Below are positions 1 through 13,504 of a stretch of DNA of 64,000 bases, one piece after another; positions within the stretch are counted from its first letter, which is position 1; each line of letters begins with the position of its first letter. Made by a program: the position numbers and the translations under genes. The stretch comes from Paraspadella gotoi. Its lineage: Eukaryota > Animalia > Chaetognatha. The stretch lies in NCBI GenBank assembly GCA_051294375.1, contig CM119264.1, forward strand, positions 22,779,826 to 22,843,825, in the 5' to 3' direction. The notes below the pieces were generated by a model that saw only the letters and a list, made by a program, of their open reading frames with translations, was not told where the DNA came from and did no database searches.

Positions 1-1021
1 CTCTCTCCTCGCTTTCTCTCTCTCTCATATCGGATGAGAGCGCCCGGATCATTTGACTGGGGTGGCCCGGGGGTGAGAACCGAAAGAGAGAGAAATGAGA
101 AAAATCTCTCCTGCTCATCTCTCGTCGTCTCTCTCTCTCTCTCTCCTCTTCTCTCTCCTCTCCCTCTGCTTGTCCCCAAGAATGCGGGGAGTTTCGGCGC
201 CCGCCTCTGATCTTCGGAAGAGGCGAAGCGCCAACGTGAGGAGGAGGGGGAAGAGTGGAGCCTCTTTGCAGCCCCTCGCACAGCTCGGGCCATGGGAGAA
301 GTGGGGATGAAGTGGGGAGGAGGGGGGGGGATAAAATGGGGGAAGAGAGGAGAGGAAGAGTAATGGCTGAAGAAGAGAGGAGGAGTTTGGGGAGGATTAG
401 GAGGTTGAAGGCGAGGAGAGAAGAGGATAGAGACAGAGGAAGAAAGAGTTGGTTGAAGAAAAAAGAAAAAAGAAAAACGATTCGACCTTATAAAAAATGC
501 ACTATTGCTTATTCTACTCTTTCAGTTTACATTTTAATATCAAGAAATTTAAAATATTTTTTTTTTAAATATTAAACTTAATAATTTGCATATTATAATA
601 TTAATATTTGAGAAAACATGATATGGAAAACGTTTAGTGAGATTTGCTGAAGACGTGATGAGTGAAAATTCACTTTTTATCACTGGATTTGATTTGTTGA
701 GTCTCAATGTTTGACCACAGACTAGAGTTAACATTGTAAGATATTTTTGATTAGTTTGTCTATCCATGGTAATACGTAAAAACTGTATTATCCTTGATAG
801 TAACACGATAGACCATAAAATGAAATGAAGGAGAAAAAAAATAGAATAAAAATTTTTTTTTAAGAACTCGTTCATTATCTGTCGGAGTAAATCGATTCTA
901 GACCACAAAAATTGTTGTTAAACGATAACGATAACCCGTCCCTTTTTCCGCCCGTTTTGGGCGTGGCGTCTATTAACCTGACTTTCCTCTTCCCATTTCT
1001 CTCTCTCTCTCTCGCTCTCTC

Positions 1022-1077
<56 letters not shown>

Positions 1078-1202
1078 CTTTTAATTAATTTTGATTTTCG
1101 TCATGAGGCGTCGATTTGGCGAAAATTCGCTTCTCGTAAAAAACAGGTGAAGCGAATCTCGGAGAGGATTCCATCGCATTATCGCGAGATAGAGTCAGTG
1201 AA

Positions 1203-1235
<33 letters not shown>

Positions 1236-1848
1236 GATGAGAGGGAGAGAGAGAGAGAGAAGAGAGAGAGAGGAAGAGAGAGAGAGAGAGAGTGAGTCTG
1301 GATCAAGTCAAAATAATTAACCACCGGTTAATAGAAAGTACAATTTTTTTCACAAACCTCATTAAAATGTGATGCAAAATAATTTTTTGAAATATTAGAA
1401 ACATTTGTACTCAAAATAAGGCAAACTTCTTACGTGTTGTTTTAATTCGTTGGCTAAATTTTACGGAATATGCTCTAAAAAATGCAGTGACAGAATAGAT
1501 GCTGAAATAAAAGATCATGTTGCAATCTCACTTTCACCTTCATAAACTTGTAAATATTTCACTCCCATTTTTAGGCTTCGCAGGTGCAGTGTCTCCCCAT
1601 GATTAAAAAGTGTTTTATTCTCGTCTTATTCAATAAAGCTCAAAGAGAATATTTATGTATGCAACACTTCGAAAGTTTTTCTCCGAGAATCAATATGTGC
1701 TTGTAATGCAAGCTCATTGCCCTCTCAGTTGTCACACTATAATCTGTATTAATCATGTACTGATCGTCTTGATTCAGATTAATGTAAACAGATTAATAAT
1801 GTCAAATTCACGCCACATTACTTTGAAATCACATAAAACGTACTTGTT

Positions 1849-1959
<111 letters not shown>

Positions 1960-2756
1960 TTCTCTCTCTCTCTTTTTCATTCTTATCTCGAGTCTCACTG
2001 ATGGTGATGCCATTAAATGGAGTTGCTGCTCAGAGACTTTGTGATTCGCCGCGTGAAAGTCGGTAGGAAAAACTTTGCCTCCGTGAAACTAAAAGGTGCG
2101 ATAAGACATTTTGAGCAAAGAACAAAGGATTGGGGGAAAGAGTGGTCCGGGTGTGACACAAAAGTTATGATATATATTGAGATATAAAATTATCAAGGTA
2201 GAAAAATAATTGCAACTCTAGAAGATTTTTAAATTGATGGGTATCTACGAAAAGAAAACCTTTGGTTACAACTAACCATTTTTAGTTTGCAGAAAACAAA
2301 AAACAAACCAGAGCATGTCTTTGGCGTCTTTTGTATACTTAAACTTTTATTTAAAGGTTTTTTTACAATGTACATAATGTAACGCCCTTCCAAGTTTCCT
2401 TTCACATTTCTTTTGCGACTCTTTTCCTAATCCCGATTGACAAAAAAGGAAACGGAGATAAAAAATCTCACCCACGAGAAGGAAAAAAAATTCCTCAAGG
2501 AGAGATATTTATCTGTCCATTAAAGACTCTTAAGGGAACAACCATAACAACAAAAAACTACCACCGACACCATAATACGATACGAAAAAATTGGCACCTA
2601 ATATTTTATGATCATGCTATTCACTTTTTTATTTTTTCTTTCTTTCTTTCTTTCTTTCTTTTTAATTCACTCTTTCTTTCTTTTTTTCTATATTTCTTTT
2701 TATTTCTTTCTCTCTCTCTTTCTTTCTTCTTTTTTCTTTCTTTTTATTTCACTATT

Positions 2757-2848
<92 letters not shown>

Positions 2849-5410
2849 TCATTCATTTCTTTAATTTCTTTTCCGTCCCTCCCTCGTTCTTCCGTTCTCA
2901 TATTTCCTCACCCACCTACGACGCATCCCGATTGTTGTTTTTAATTCGATCAGGAAAAACCATGAAAAATAATGCGAATCCATAAATCCTAAAAATTTTT
3001 TGGGATCCCTAATCTGTTTTTCTTATCTAATGTTTCATCTTCTTCTCCAGTTAATCGCGAATTCAGAGTCAAAAAACTTATTCAAGTTTGATTTTTCTAA
3101 TAACTTTATAGATGGTCTCAAAAGTTCTGGAATTCACAAATGAATATATTTTAAAATTTAAATGAATGGTTATAATTGAATTAATTAAAATGGTTGATGA
3201 GCGAGATGATTATTGACATCTAAAAACAAAAGAAATTGATTTTTATGAAGACAAAAATTCAAAATATTCAAACCTTTTTTTATAATTTCTAACCAAAAAA
3301 TATTTACATTGCATAGGAACGTACAGTTAAGCATGGTGACATATTACGTCGCGTAAAGGAACTAAAAATTTTAAAAATGAAAACAAAACAATGTTCCTAA
3401 TTTATTCATGTTGCGATTTCTCACCGCAGCTGATTTTCACGCAGAGAGTTTCAGATTTCTATCCTTCCCTCTCACTCACTCTTCTTCTCAATCTTTCACA
3501 ATTTCACTACCTCTCTCCCTCTACCACCCACCATCACTTACTTCTTCCTCCCCCATTCCGTTGCTGATTATGCTGAATTATGGAATGTTGTTTGTTCGAA
3601 TTATGGAGAAATTATTGTTTATTTCTTTCTTGTTTTGCGCTCTGCGTACCATCAGCTGGAAACCATGCCTCACGCTGTCAATTTTCACTAATCAATATCG
3701 ATGGTTCCGTGACATTATGACACTATCAACACCTTATATAAATATACATATATAAAAATTGGTACAACCAATGTAATATTATTCATTCATTAAATTAAAT
3801 ATGCTATCTTACCCCTGAGTTTGGACAGGTAATTTATGTCTAATATATTAAATAACGTATTTTTGAAGAAAACTGTTTAATTATCATTAATATTGTAAGT
3901 TTGTATCACATTATCACATTGCCTTCTGCCTCGTGGTCCCGCTGATCCTCTTCCCGATATCCAGTCGCAGAAAATCGCGGATCTTTCTCCTCCTCCTCCT
4001 CCTCCTCCTCCTCCTCCTAGGCCGCTTCCTCTCCCTCCTCTTCACTCACCAGGACGTCGTAATCTTCCTCTTCCCCCTCCTCCCCCCGACACCGGGTAAC
4101 TGACTTCTCTTTAAATCATCGTTACTTGAATTTTTCCGTCTACGAAATCGATCTTAGAGTTTCCGAGATTCGGAATCGCAGAGGCGCTGGTTTGACTTAT
4201 TGATTGTTTCATTGCTGGATTTATTTATTATTTATTTGTTAGCGTGAGCAGCGCGCAATATTCGAAATAGAAGGTAGAAATGAGATTTACGATTGATTAC
4301 TTGACAAATTGCTTGACAAATTGCTCGACATGAAAGCCCCTACCATCTGTCTTCCGTCTACAATTCGAGATTGCAATTAAGTTTCCAGTTCACCTGCATT
4401 GACTCGCGTATCACACAAGATGGCGATATTGATATAAGACTATAATAAACAAATGAATGAACAATCATAAAGAAAAAAACAAAATGGCGACGTCCCCCCT
4501 CATCTCGGCCTCGACCGGTAACCTTCTCTCATTGATTAAATGTGGAAAGGAAATTAAGAAGAATTCAATCAGACGATAATATCGAGGCGGCGGGAAGAAG
4601 CGGCGGGGGTTAAAGGAGTGATTGGGGAGGTGTGAAATGGGGTGGCGTTTTGTGTGGTGGCGGAAGTTGAGGATGGAGAATGAGGGGTAGAAGAAAACTA
4701 AGGAAAGGTTGAGGAATTGCGTAGGATCGTTATATGTGGGAGGCGGTGGACACTCGCGGACGGGATCCTCCAAAATGGACTGTTTTAGGTGTTGTAGGTG
4801 TAAATGTGGTGAACCGTAAAGGTTGGGTGAATTGGGGTCATGGACCGATTATATGGAGAAGGTGGACCGAGGAGCACAATGTGGAAAGAATGTACGGAAA
4901 AAGATGACAGGTGAAACAGTGAAATTAAACTTAGGTGTTGGGACTCAAAGGCCCGGGAATGGCGTCGTTATATCGCTCTCGGCACAGTGACCCTGTTGCA
5001 CCCTCCGTACGATGACCCGGTGGCGTAGAATCCCGCGAGAAAATTTCCGCAATTTTGTCGCCGTTTCGCCATCTGTCGTCGGGCGGCGAAAGCGGGGCGG
5101 CGATTAGTGACTCTCGTTGCCCTTTTGTTTGTTAATCGATTTGATTGTTTGTCACGATCCCGTCGCTCGGCGCAGCTTGTTTTTCCAACGACATTCGCTG
5201 CTCGGGGATTCGGAGGGATATGGAGGGAGGCTGGGGACTTGGGACTGGGAACTCGGACTGGGGAGGGCAGATGGAGATGGAGAGATAAAAAGAAAATGAA
5301 TAAAAATAAGAGAAGGATCAATTTTGCCTTTTCCTCTTGGACCACCACCGAAGTGCCTAGCGCCTTTCAGCTCAGACCGGAAATCTCCAAGACGCTCAGC
5401 GCCAATCTAA

Positions 5411-5482
<72 letters not shown>

Positions 5483-6213
5483 CAAGATCTACTCGCCCTT
5501 AATTTCTCTCAACTTTCAGATTTTTATCTTCAAATTTTCCGCTTGTTTCGTTAGGATCCTCGTTGGTGGCTGAGAAATCAGGGAAATGGCTTTAAATTTC
5601 TCTTCTCCATTCTCTCTCCTTTTTTTAGATTTTTCAAATCTATTTATTTTTTCCCCTTTTTTTATTAAAAAAAAACGAGAGCGGAAAAAAGTTTTTTTCC
5701 GATTTTAAATCGAATTTACCTGGGCTCGATTGAATTCTGACGACTAGATTACGCGATCCCATCCCGATGTTAGGAAAACCAGATATATTTAATTGTTTTA
5801 AACGCGAACGATATTTTTGGAACATTATAACCTCGCCCTCACTCGTTAACTTTTCATAAACTCTGGTTGGTTGATTTCGTCAGGTTAGATCACAAGTTGC
5901 GATGAATGAATGGGGAATAATGAGGGGACGTGAAGAAAAAAAACATTTGAGATATAGATTTTTCATTATATTTTTTATTCTAATTAATTATTTCGTTAAT
6001 AATTTGATTAAACGTTCAAACTTATTTACATTTTTTTTTCTCTTCGCTGAGCAACTGGAAGAATCCACTTTTTTGCTTCCACTTTTTTTTCCTGAGTGGA
6101 TTATTTCTTTACGTTTTTATTTATTTATTTTTTTCTAAATTTTACCGACAGATTTCTAAGGAATGCCTGAATTGCGATAGAGAGAGAGATAGAAAGAGAG
6201 AAAAAAAAGAGAG

Positions 6214-6318
<105 letters not shown>

Positions 6319-7267
6319 AAAGATAAATACGTGAAAAAAAAAATCTTTACGTGGTTTGGGAAATAAGACCCACGCATTTTCTCCGCCGTGAAGATGTTCT
6401 TTTTACTTTTTTCAGCTTGTGGAATTCACAATTATGGTTTTTGTTGTTGTTGTTGTTGCTGCGCATTTTTTACCAGTTAGGGTTCGAGGGAAAATGGGGT
6501 GAGGTGTGGTTGAATTGAGATAAATCAATGTGAAGCGATGATCGGCGAGTTTCACCAAAGTTGGAACATTTCGGGAAAGATAGATTATCAAAAATGACTT
6601 AATTTTTTTTAACATTTACAATACAGTTTATGTTTAAATCACATTTTATCGTCTTTTTTTATTTATTACGATGTGTAGTAAAAGAGCTTTTGGTATTTAA
6701 AAAGTTCGTAGTTCTCGTTCAGAAAAAAAAACTACTATGTTTTTAATATTTTTATTACAATTTTCGCAGTTTCAATTTTATTAGTTTTTATTACTGCACT
6801 GCAGTCCGACTATTTGCGTCAATTTTAACTTTCACCACTAGCCATCTAAACTTTTATTATCATTATCCTCACACTCTCTCTCCCCCACCCCACATACCCC
6901 ACCTCTCCCCACCCCCACATCTCCCACCCATCCCCTTGCAACACCCCTCCCTCTCACGAGGCGTGAATCGGTAGCGCCCCTGCTTCATCGCGAGGATCAT
7001 GTTATTCCAACTCTCCGGGGAGTGTTCGTGATCAGAGTCCCCATTTCGTTCACCCCCCAATCGATCCACGATCTCTATCACCACTCCCCCCCAACCATCT
7101 CTACATCTTCATCCCACCTCCCTTCCTCTCTCCCTCTTTTCTCTCCCTATCTCTCTTTCTTTTGTTTATTTTATATGAACTCAAAACCTGATTGGCTCTC
7201 GGCGTCGCTTCGGGCGCTTGTTTTACAAGGAATGAGAAATTTATTCTGGGAAAAATCAAAGGAATCT

Positions 7268-7364
<97 letters not shown>

Positions 7365-8566
7365 CATATCCTGCGCATCCCTGTTTATAAAAATATTGAA
7401 ATGGAAATCCGTTTTGAGATTTATTAGAATTTTTTTAAAAGAGTTTTTAAAGTGAAATTTGCCCTAATTTGGTGAATTTCATCCGCCTTCTTCGGCGACA
7501 CGTTTGATCCGAGTGCGACATATTGGGAAGATGACTCATTGAGTAGCGGATATTAAATTTTGAAGGCTTAATAATTTTTAAAAAAAATATAGAATCTTTT
7601 GTAAGTCGAAGGCAATAAATAAACTGACTTGAGTTGAGATGTTAACCAAGTGGAGATCTTAACTTCTTCTTTCGAATCGAACTTCCGATGAAGAATTTAT
7701 GATTCTCCCAGTGTTGTTGTTATTGTTATTGTCGTTGTTTGTTTACGGTTTGGTTTAAATGAAACTCTTTTTCTAGTTTAAACTTTCAATTCAAATTTCT
7801 ATATCAAATAAAACAGTTTTTTTTATTCACCTGACGTGACCAAAACACAACTTTTCCGACTCAAACGAGTCTTTTGTTTACTCCTCTTTGAGGTGCGGGT
7901 TTTCGTCCCTTTCGTTAACGATCGAAACGTGAGTTTGAAAAGTCGAGGCTCAAGTAGCGATCGTCGGACGCGAAGATCGAAAGGAAAGTCAATGCGCATC
8001 GTTTCTCGATCTCGTTAGGAAACGGAACAATTTTTATTATTGTCACAGTTAAAAATTTTGACATACACACACACTAAGAGAAAAATACTGTTATAATAAC
8101 GTTGGATATAATTAAGGAGAATTTCAATTGTTTATATGTGAAACTTTGAATCTATAGCGTAAAGAAGAATAGAGTTTCAAAACCGTACAGATGTAAAAAT
8201 ACGAGAAAAAAAATGGAGAAAAAAAAGATAGAATCTTTAAAAATATTTAAACGAGGATACCAGGTCACGAACCGCTCACTAAACTTTCCCTCTTCGATTC
8301 CTACGAAGTTAAAATAAATAAACGCGAACGCGATAACACGTGCCAAAGCTTTTAATGTTTTCGCTCACTTTAAAAGACGCGAGCAAAAGGGAAGCTTTCG
8401 TATATCGTGCCCGTGCAGTTACGTTGGTTGATCGAGTTCGTTTAGATTGTTGATATTTAATTCTTTATGCTTAAGCCTTGATAGCTTCGCTGTTTAAATA
8501 TGTACATGTTTTGGTGAAAAGTTTCTCACTCCTCCTCCTCCTCCCTCTGACCCATCTCCTCAACAG

Positions 8567-9541
8567 GTCTGGTTCCAAAATCGTCGCGCCAAATGGCGTA
8601 AGCGCGAAAGGTTCCAGCAACAACTGCAACTGCGGTCCTTTACGGGAGCCCACCCGGGCCAAGGCGCCGGTCACGTGGGGGCGTTGGGCGCCGCGATGCC
8701 CGGCGCTGGATACGAAGCCATGGCGGCGCCCTTTATACCGCGCCACTCCGACTACGCTCAGGTGGAACGAACGTTTGATCGTGTTTTTGCTTTGATTTGG
8801 TATCTCTCTCTCTCTCGCTCTCTTTATTCTTTTAACTCCCCCCTCTCTCTCCCTCCCTTACCCTCCCTCTCTCTTTTAACTCATTAACTTATTTAACTTC
8901 CGCCCTCCACCCTTCAGATGCAAACCCACTGGTCGCCCCAGTCGTGCATGCAAGCCAACTACTTTCCTGGGACGCAACTTCCCGCCCACGTTCCCGCGCC
9001 TACCGTTACCCATCAACCACCTCCTCCTCCTCCTCATCCCCACAGCCACACCCACCCCATGAGTTCCCTTCCACCCGGTTCCTCCTCGCCGCCTCTCAAC
9101 CACGCAGCTGCTGCGGCCGCTGCCGCCGCCGCTGCTGCCGCCGCCGCGGCCATGCATCAGAGCTTCTCGACAGCTATATCTTCGGCTCAGCAGCAGCAGC
9201 AACAACAACAACAACAACAACAGCAACCCGGCATCGTTTTGCCATCCACGTCCCCGGGCGCCGGAGTCGTAAACCACCCGAGCGCCGGTAATCTCGGCGT
9301 CGTCGGCACTAGCGGCGCGCCGCTCTATTCGACCCCGCCGGGCGCCCATCAGGGAAGCGGGGAGGATCACCTTCATCAGGGTCACAGCCCTCACGGCCTC
9401 CACGGCCCGCACGGCACGCCCGGCCCCCACGGAGAAACTACGAGGAGGTCAACGTCCATCGCTTCGCTGAGACTTCGAGCGCGAGAACACAGCGTCGCCA
9501 TGTCGCAGACGTCGACCCAGTTACATCCGGGGTTACAGTGA
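8567..9541 (+). CDS. Alx: Alx-family (Alx1/Alx4/Cart1-like) paired-class homeobox protein with C-terminal OAR domain; last two coding exons (8567-8761, 8918-9541); 5' exons not found in window
   Basis: After acceptor caacag the exon reads VWFQNRRAKWRKRERFQQ...YEAMAAPFIPRHSDYAQ. A phase-0 intron leads to MQTHW...RRSTSIASLRLRAREHS (OAR), then stop at 9539-9541. WRKRERF and YE...R...YAQ|xQ match Alx4 (WRKRERFGQ...YELPLLTRAENYAQ|IQ). AATAAA at 9755-9760. Confidence 0.88.
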
Positions 9542-11269
9542 ACAGGCAAAAAACTGGCTTTCTGTGACAAACAGGTGTTTCCGTCACTAAAATTTGCAAA
9601 ACTGCGCCTCGTTAAGACTAAGATTAGTACAATCGCTTATCAAATTATACAGCTTCACCTTTTGGATCGACTTTTGTGAATACTGTTTTGTTGAGACTTT
9701 TTTTGAACGCATGAGATACTACGTAATTAAATGTACATTTTTTGTTTGTTGAGCAATAAAATATTATTGATATGTTTGCTTTTTGATTACGTTTATAATT
9801 ATTTTTTAGTGTTTGGATTGTTTAGGTCATTCAAAGAACAAGAAACTTAAAAAAATAATTCTTGACAAGCTGCGAATAATTAAGCCTTGGAAAACATTGT
9901 AAACTAGTTTTTATTAAGACAAAAACTTTGAGTAAGCGACAAAGATTTTTTTTATTTTGACTTATTCATGTATTCTTGCATTGGGTTACAGATGCCACGG
10001 GAAAGCAAGGAATAAAAATAAGGATAATATTTTACAAGAAAAAGAGTTTAAATTCACATTGAAATTCGATTAATTCAATATGTGTGGATTGCGATTAGTT
10101 ACAATATCTTAGGTTTATTAAAATACTATCCTTGAAAAAAATTGATACCCGTTGTTTCCAGTTTAATATTATATTTTCAGAATTGAAAAAAATGTCATGA
10201 CGACACTCAGGAGTTATTAAAATTTGAAAAAAATAACATGGAAATTTTTTTTATCTATTTCATGAGATTTGCAAAGAATTTAATAGGTTTATTAACAACG
10301 ATTTTTTATTTCATGAGAAAAAAAGAAGAAAAGTCAACTTTGCTACATTTTTTAAGTTAGATTTATTTCATTATTTATTTATTTATTTATTTATTTATTA
10401 AAATTTACTTTTTTCTCTTACATACATTTTGATAATTCATTTTTAAAAAATTACATCAATATAATAATACTTTCGGGCATAAATTATTTTTAAAGGTAGA
10501 TTTTGATGTCAGATTAAATTGGCGGACTTACCAAGTCCACGACTAAAAGAAAATTGATGTGCCTCTTGTTTCTGATATGTAAAACGGAACGCAACGCAAA
10601 TCTTCATTATCTGCAGTATAAGAATTTGCTAACATCGGTAAATGTTTAGAATTTCAAATTTGACAAAAAAAAAGATTGAATTAAAAATTGTTTTGAGTCT
10701 TGTGATCGTTTTCCGTTCGTTCACGAAAGGGTTCGAAAGTTGGATCGGAACAAAATTTACGCGGCAAGTCAAACGTTGGTGAAGATTTCTCTTGACCCGT
10801 TTGTCCGCTGAACGTTGAAGTTTGGGGAATTTCATCTTCGATTGTTTTCGTTGAGAATTCTAGAGACGGACGGAGCCCCATCTTCTGTCAGGGGGTTGGA
10901 AAAAAGGGACAAGTAATTGTCTCGTTCGCGTTTTTTTCTTCGCCATCAGGTCGACGACGAAATGAAAAGATAAACAAAGACAAGAGGGGATCGATCGCCG
11001 GTGCCAGAGAGAATTTAATTATTATAATGACTTTAATATGATTTGTATTTAAATCATATATTTAACAATATGTTTACGTTATAAACATACATACAGCAAT
11101 TTATTCCGTAACCTTTCCTCTACCATTTAATTTTAAAAATTTTCTCATTCCTTCATTAATTTTATTATTGGTTTTGGATTGTTATTGACTCTTGTTAATG
11201 TTTGTTGTGACTTGTCTCAAGGTTATTCAATCATTTTAATAAGGTTTTAACTTTTATGAACTTAAAACA

Positions 11270-12513
11270 TTAAGCCACATCCTTACCGCCCATTGCTCTG
11301 CCGAAACGAAGGAATCGATCTCTGTCTCTAGATCTTTTGATTGGGTTGTCAATCCTAAGTCTGGAGACAGCCCCGACGACCTCACGCATTTCAGCTGCAG
11401 AAAGGGGGAAAAAATATATATCAGAACACGTGAACGTCCAAGGACAAGAGAAGAAGACTCTTCAAAACATTTTAAGAATTCTGTGATAAAATCCATATTT
11501 TCCAAAAATTCATAATAAGTTTTTTTTCTTCTAAAATTTGGCTTTACTAAATCTTTTATTTTGATCCACAATTCACATTCTACTCCTTCGGAATTTTTTC
11601 TAATCGGCTGCGGGTTCACCCGAGATTTTTTTTCACCGCTTTCTCACTTCCGACTCAGTGTGATTGAGGGCCATTAATGCCATTAATGCTAATCTCTCTC
11701 CCCCTGATTAATCCTTTGTTGACAGAAAGAAAGAAAGAAGCCACGAATGTCGATGGAAGAATAAAACACACACTCCTCTTTCCACAAGACCATCCTATGT
11801 CATGTGAAAGAATTCAATTTTATCAGAAACGATCGTAGCGTAGAAACTTAATGTGCGTAGCTTGCCGTTGACTTTCAAAATTCGTTCCCAACCTTTCTTC
11901 AGATTGATGACGGTGGCTATGTCGTTGAAGGCTTGCTGCAGCAGCTGCAACTGTGAGCACCAGTTGGCCAAACGCTGCGCCGAATGTTCAGGCGGCAACG
12001 AATCGAACTCCAGCTGATTTTCACAGAAAGACATCGCCGACTCCCCTCGCCCGGATTCTGAGGGGGGGGGGAGAGATGAAAAGAGGGAGAAAGAAATAGT
12101 TGAATCTGAAATGTAACGGCTTAAGTAATATTTAATTCTGTCATTAAATGATACTTCTTAATACTACTAAATTGTCTTTACATTAAATTGTTAGCTATTG
12201 TGAATATATTCTTGTATTTCGTACGTACAAGCAAATGTAAATGAAAATTTGCAAAATACTTGTTTGACTTTTTTATATTTTATATGAAATTGGTACAACC
12301 AATATATTTTATAAAGGTTTTACTATTTAATTTATATTATTTAATTATAAATATAAAATATAAATATAAAATGTAAAATATAAATATAAAATATAAAATG
12401 TCATTATAAAATAAAATTAAGGAGAAAAACTCACCTGCATCGCAGAAGGCGAAAGAAACGCCCAACGTGAGTCCCAGACACAACAGCAAGTCTTGCCCAT
12501 GCAAAAACCACAT
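11270..12513 (-). CDS. RFamide neuropeptide precursor (myosuppressin-like), 122 aa; exons 12513-12435, 12057-11893, 11394-11270
   Basis: Hand-spliced with two phase-1 GT-AG introns. Signal peptide MWFLHGQDLLLCLGLTLGVSFAFCDA; pro-region with two Cys (FCENQLEFDSLPPEHSAQRLANWCSQL); then KR-SRDRDRFLRF-G-R and stop. AATAAA on - strand at 11161-11166. Confidence 0.85.
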
Positions 12514-12786
12514 GTTCCGCAACGATGACGTTTCTGAAAGGAGACAAAAATGGGTTTCGGTTCCATTGAAAGTGGATTTTCCTTTTCGAGTCTCTTGAAT
12601 CGTCAAAGTTATACATACAAAAAAAAACATCCAAAAAGTTTTACTAGACATGTTTGCATTTTATTTGCAACAAATAAAAACTTTGTTTTCTATTAATTAT
12701 TGACGCAACGCAAAGAAAGCGGAAAACTTTTTTTTTTATAACAAGGAATTATTTAGTTTACAAACAACGATTTTTTTAAATTTTCA

Positions 12787-12835
12787 TAAACGAACATGTT
12801 TCGACTCTGTTAATTCGAGTCTTTATCAGCGCTTA
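12787..12835 (-). ncRNA. Degenerate minimal type I hammerhead ribozyme (G8A core substitution)
   Basis: Minus strand reads TAAGCG CTGATAA A GACTC gaattaaca GAGTC GAAACATGTT CGTTTA: 6-bp stem I, 5-bp stem II, palindromic ACATGT stem III. Core is CUGAUAA instead of CUGAUGA. Confidence 0.65.
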
Positions 12836-13206
12836 GACCATTTTTTAATATAAGAAAAGTTAGTCGATGAAGACTTGACTTTTAAATTGCTTTTAAGTTT
12901 TAACAATATTCACTTATGAAATAAGTGTCAGACTTTTTTTATTAATCGAAAATTAAATTAGCACTAATTACTCTTTTGATCACTTTTTCCCGCTTCAAAT
13001 TATTTTGTACCCTGAGGTGAATTTAGATAATGAGAATGAAGTAAAAAATTTGATTGATTAAAAATATAGCTTTCACGACAAGTGTTGGCGGTTGGGAAAA
13101 AAACACAATTTTTACTTGTGATTTTTAATGACGCCTCAGGATACTCCATCAAGAGAGAGAGAGAGAGAGGGAGAGAGAGAGAGAGAGAGAGAGAAGAAGA
13201 GAAGGA

Positions 13207-13274
<68 letters not shown>

Positions 13275-13420
13275 AAAACTAATTTTTTTTATAAAAAAAA
13301 AGATGAAAGTCAGAAAGACTTTAATAAAGAAAACATAATATTAAAGAGTGTGTTATAAGCTTTCTTCTGTCACTTTTATTTATAGCTTAAGTTACTTAAC
13401 GATTCCATTCGTGAACTCAC

Positions 13421-13504
13421 CTGTAACTTTTTTGTGCGAATCGAGTTTTCAGTTTCGCTGAGTTTGATCGACGTCGAAAACGCGCGCCGCTTTTATTCCA
13501 CGTG
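13421..13504 (-). promoter_or_regulatory. Putative core promoter and short non-coding first exon of the neuropeptide gene
   Basis: On the - strand: E-box CACGTG (13499-13504), TATA-like GAATAAAAG, Inr-like CTCAG ~30 nt downstream, and a strong donor ttacag|GTGAGT at 13421/13420. Confidence 0.45.
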
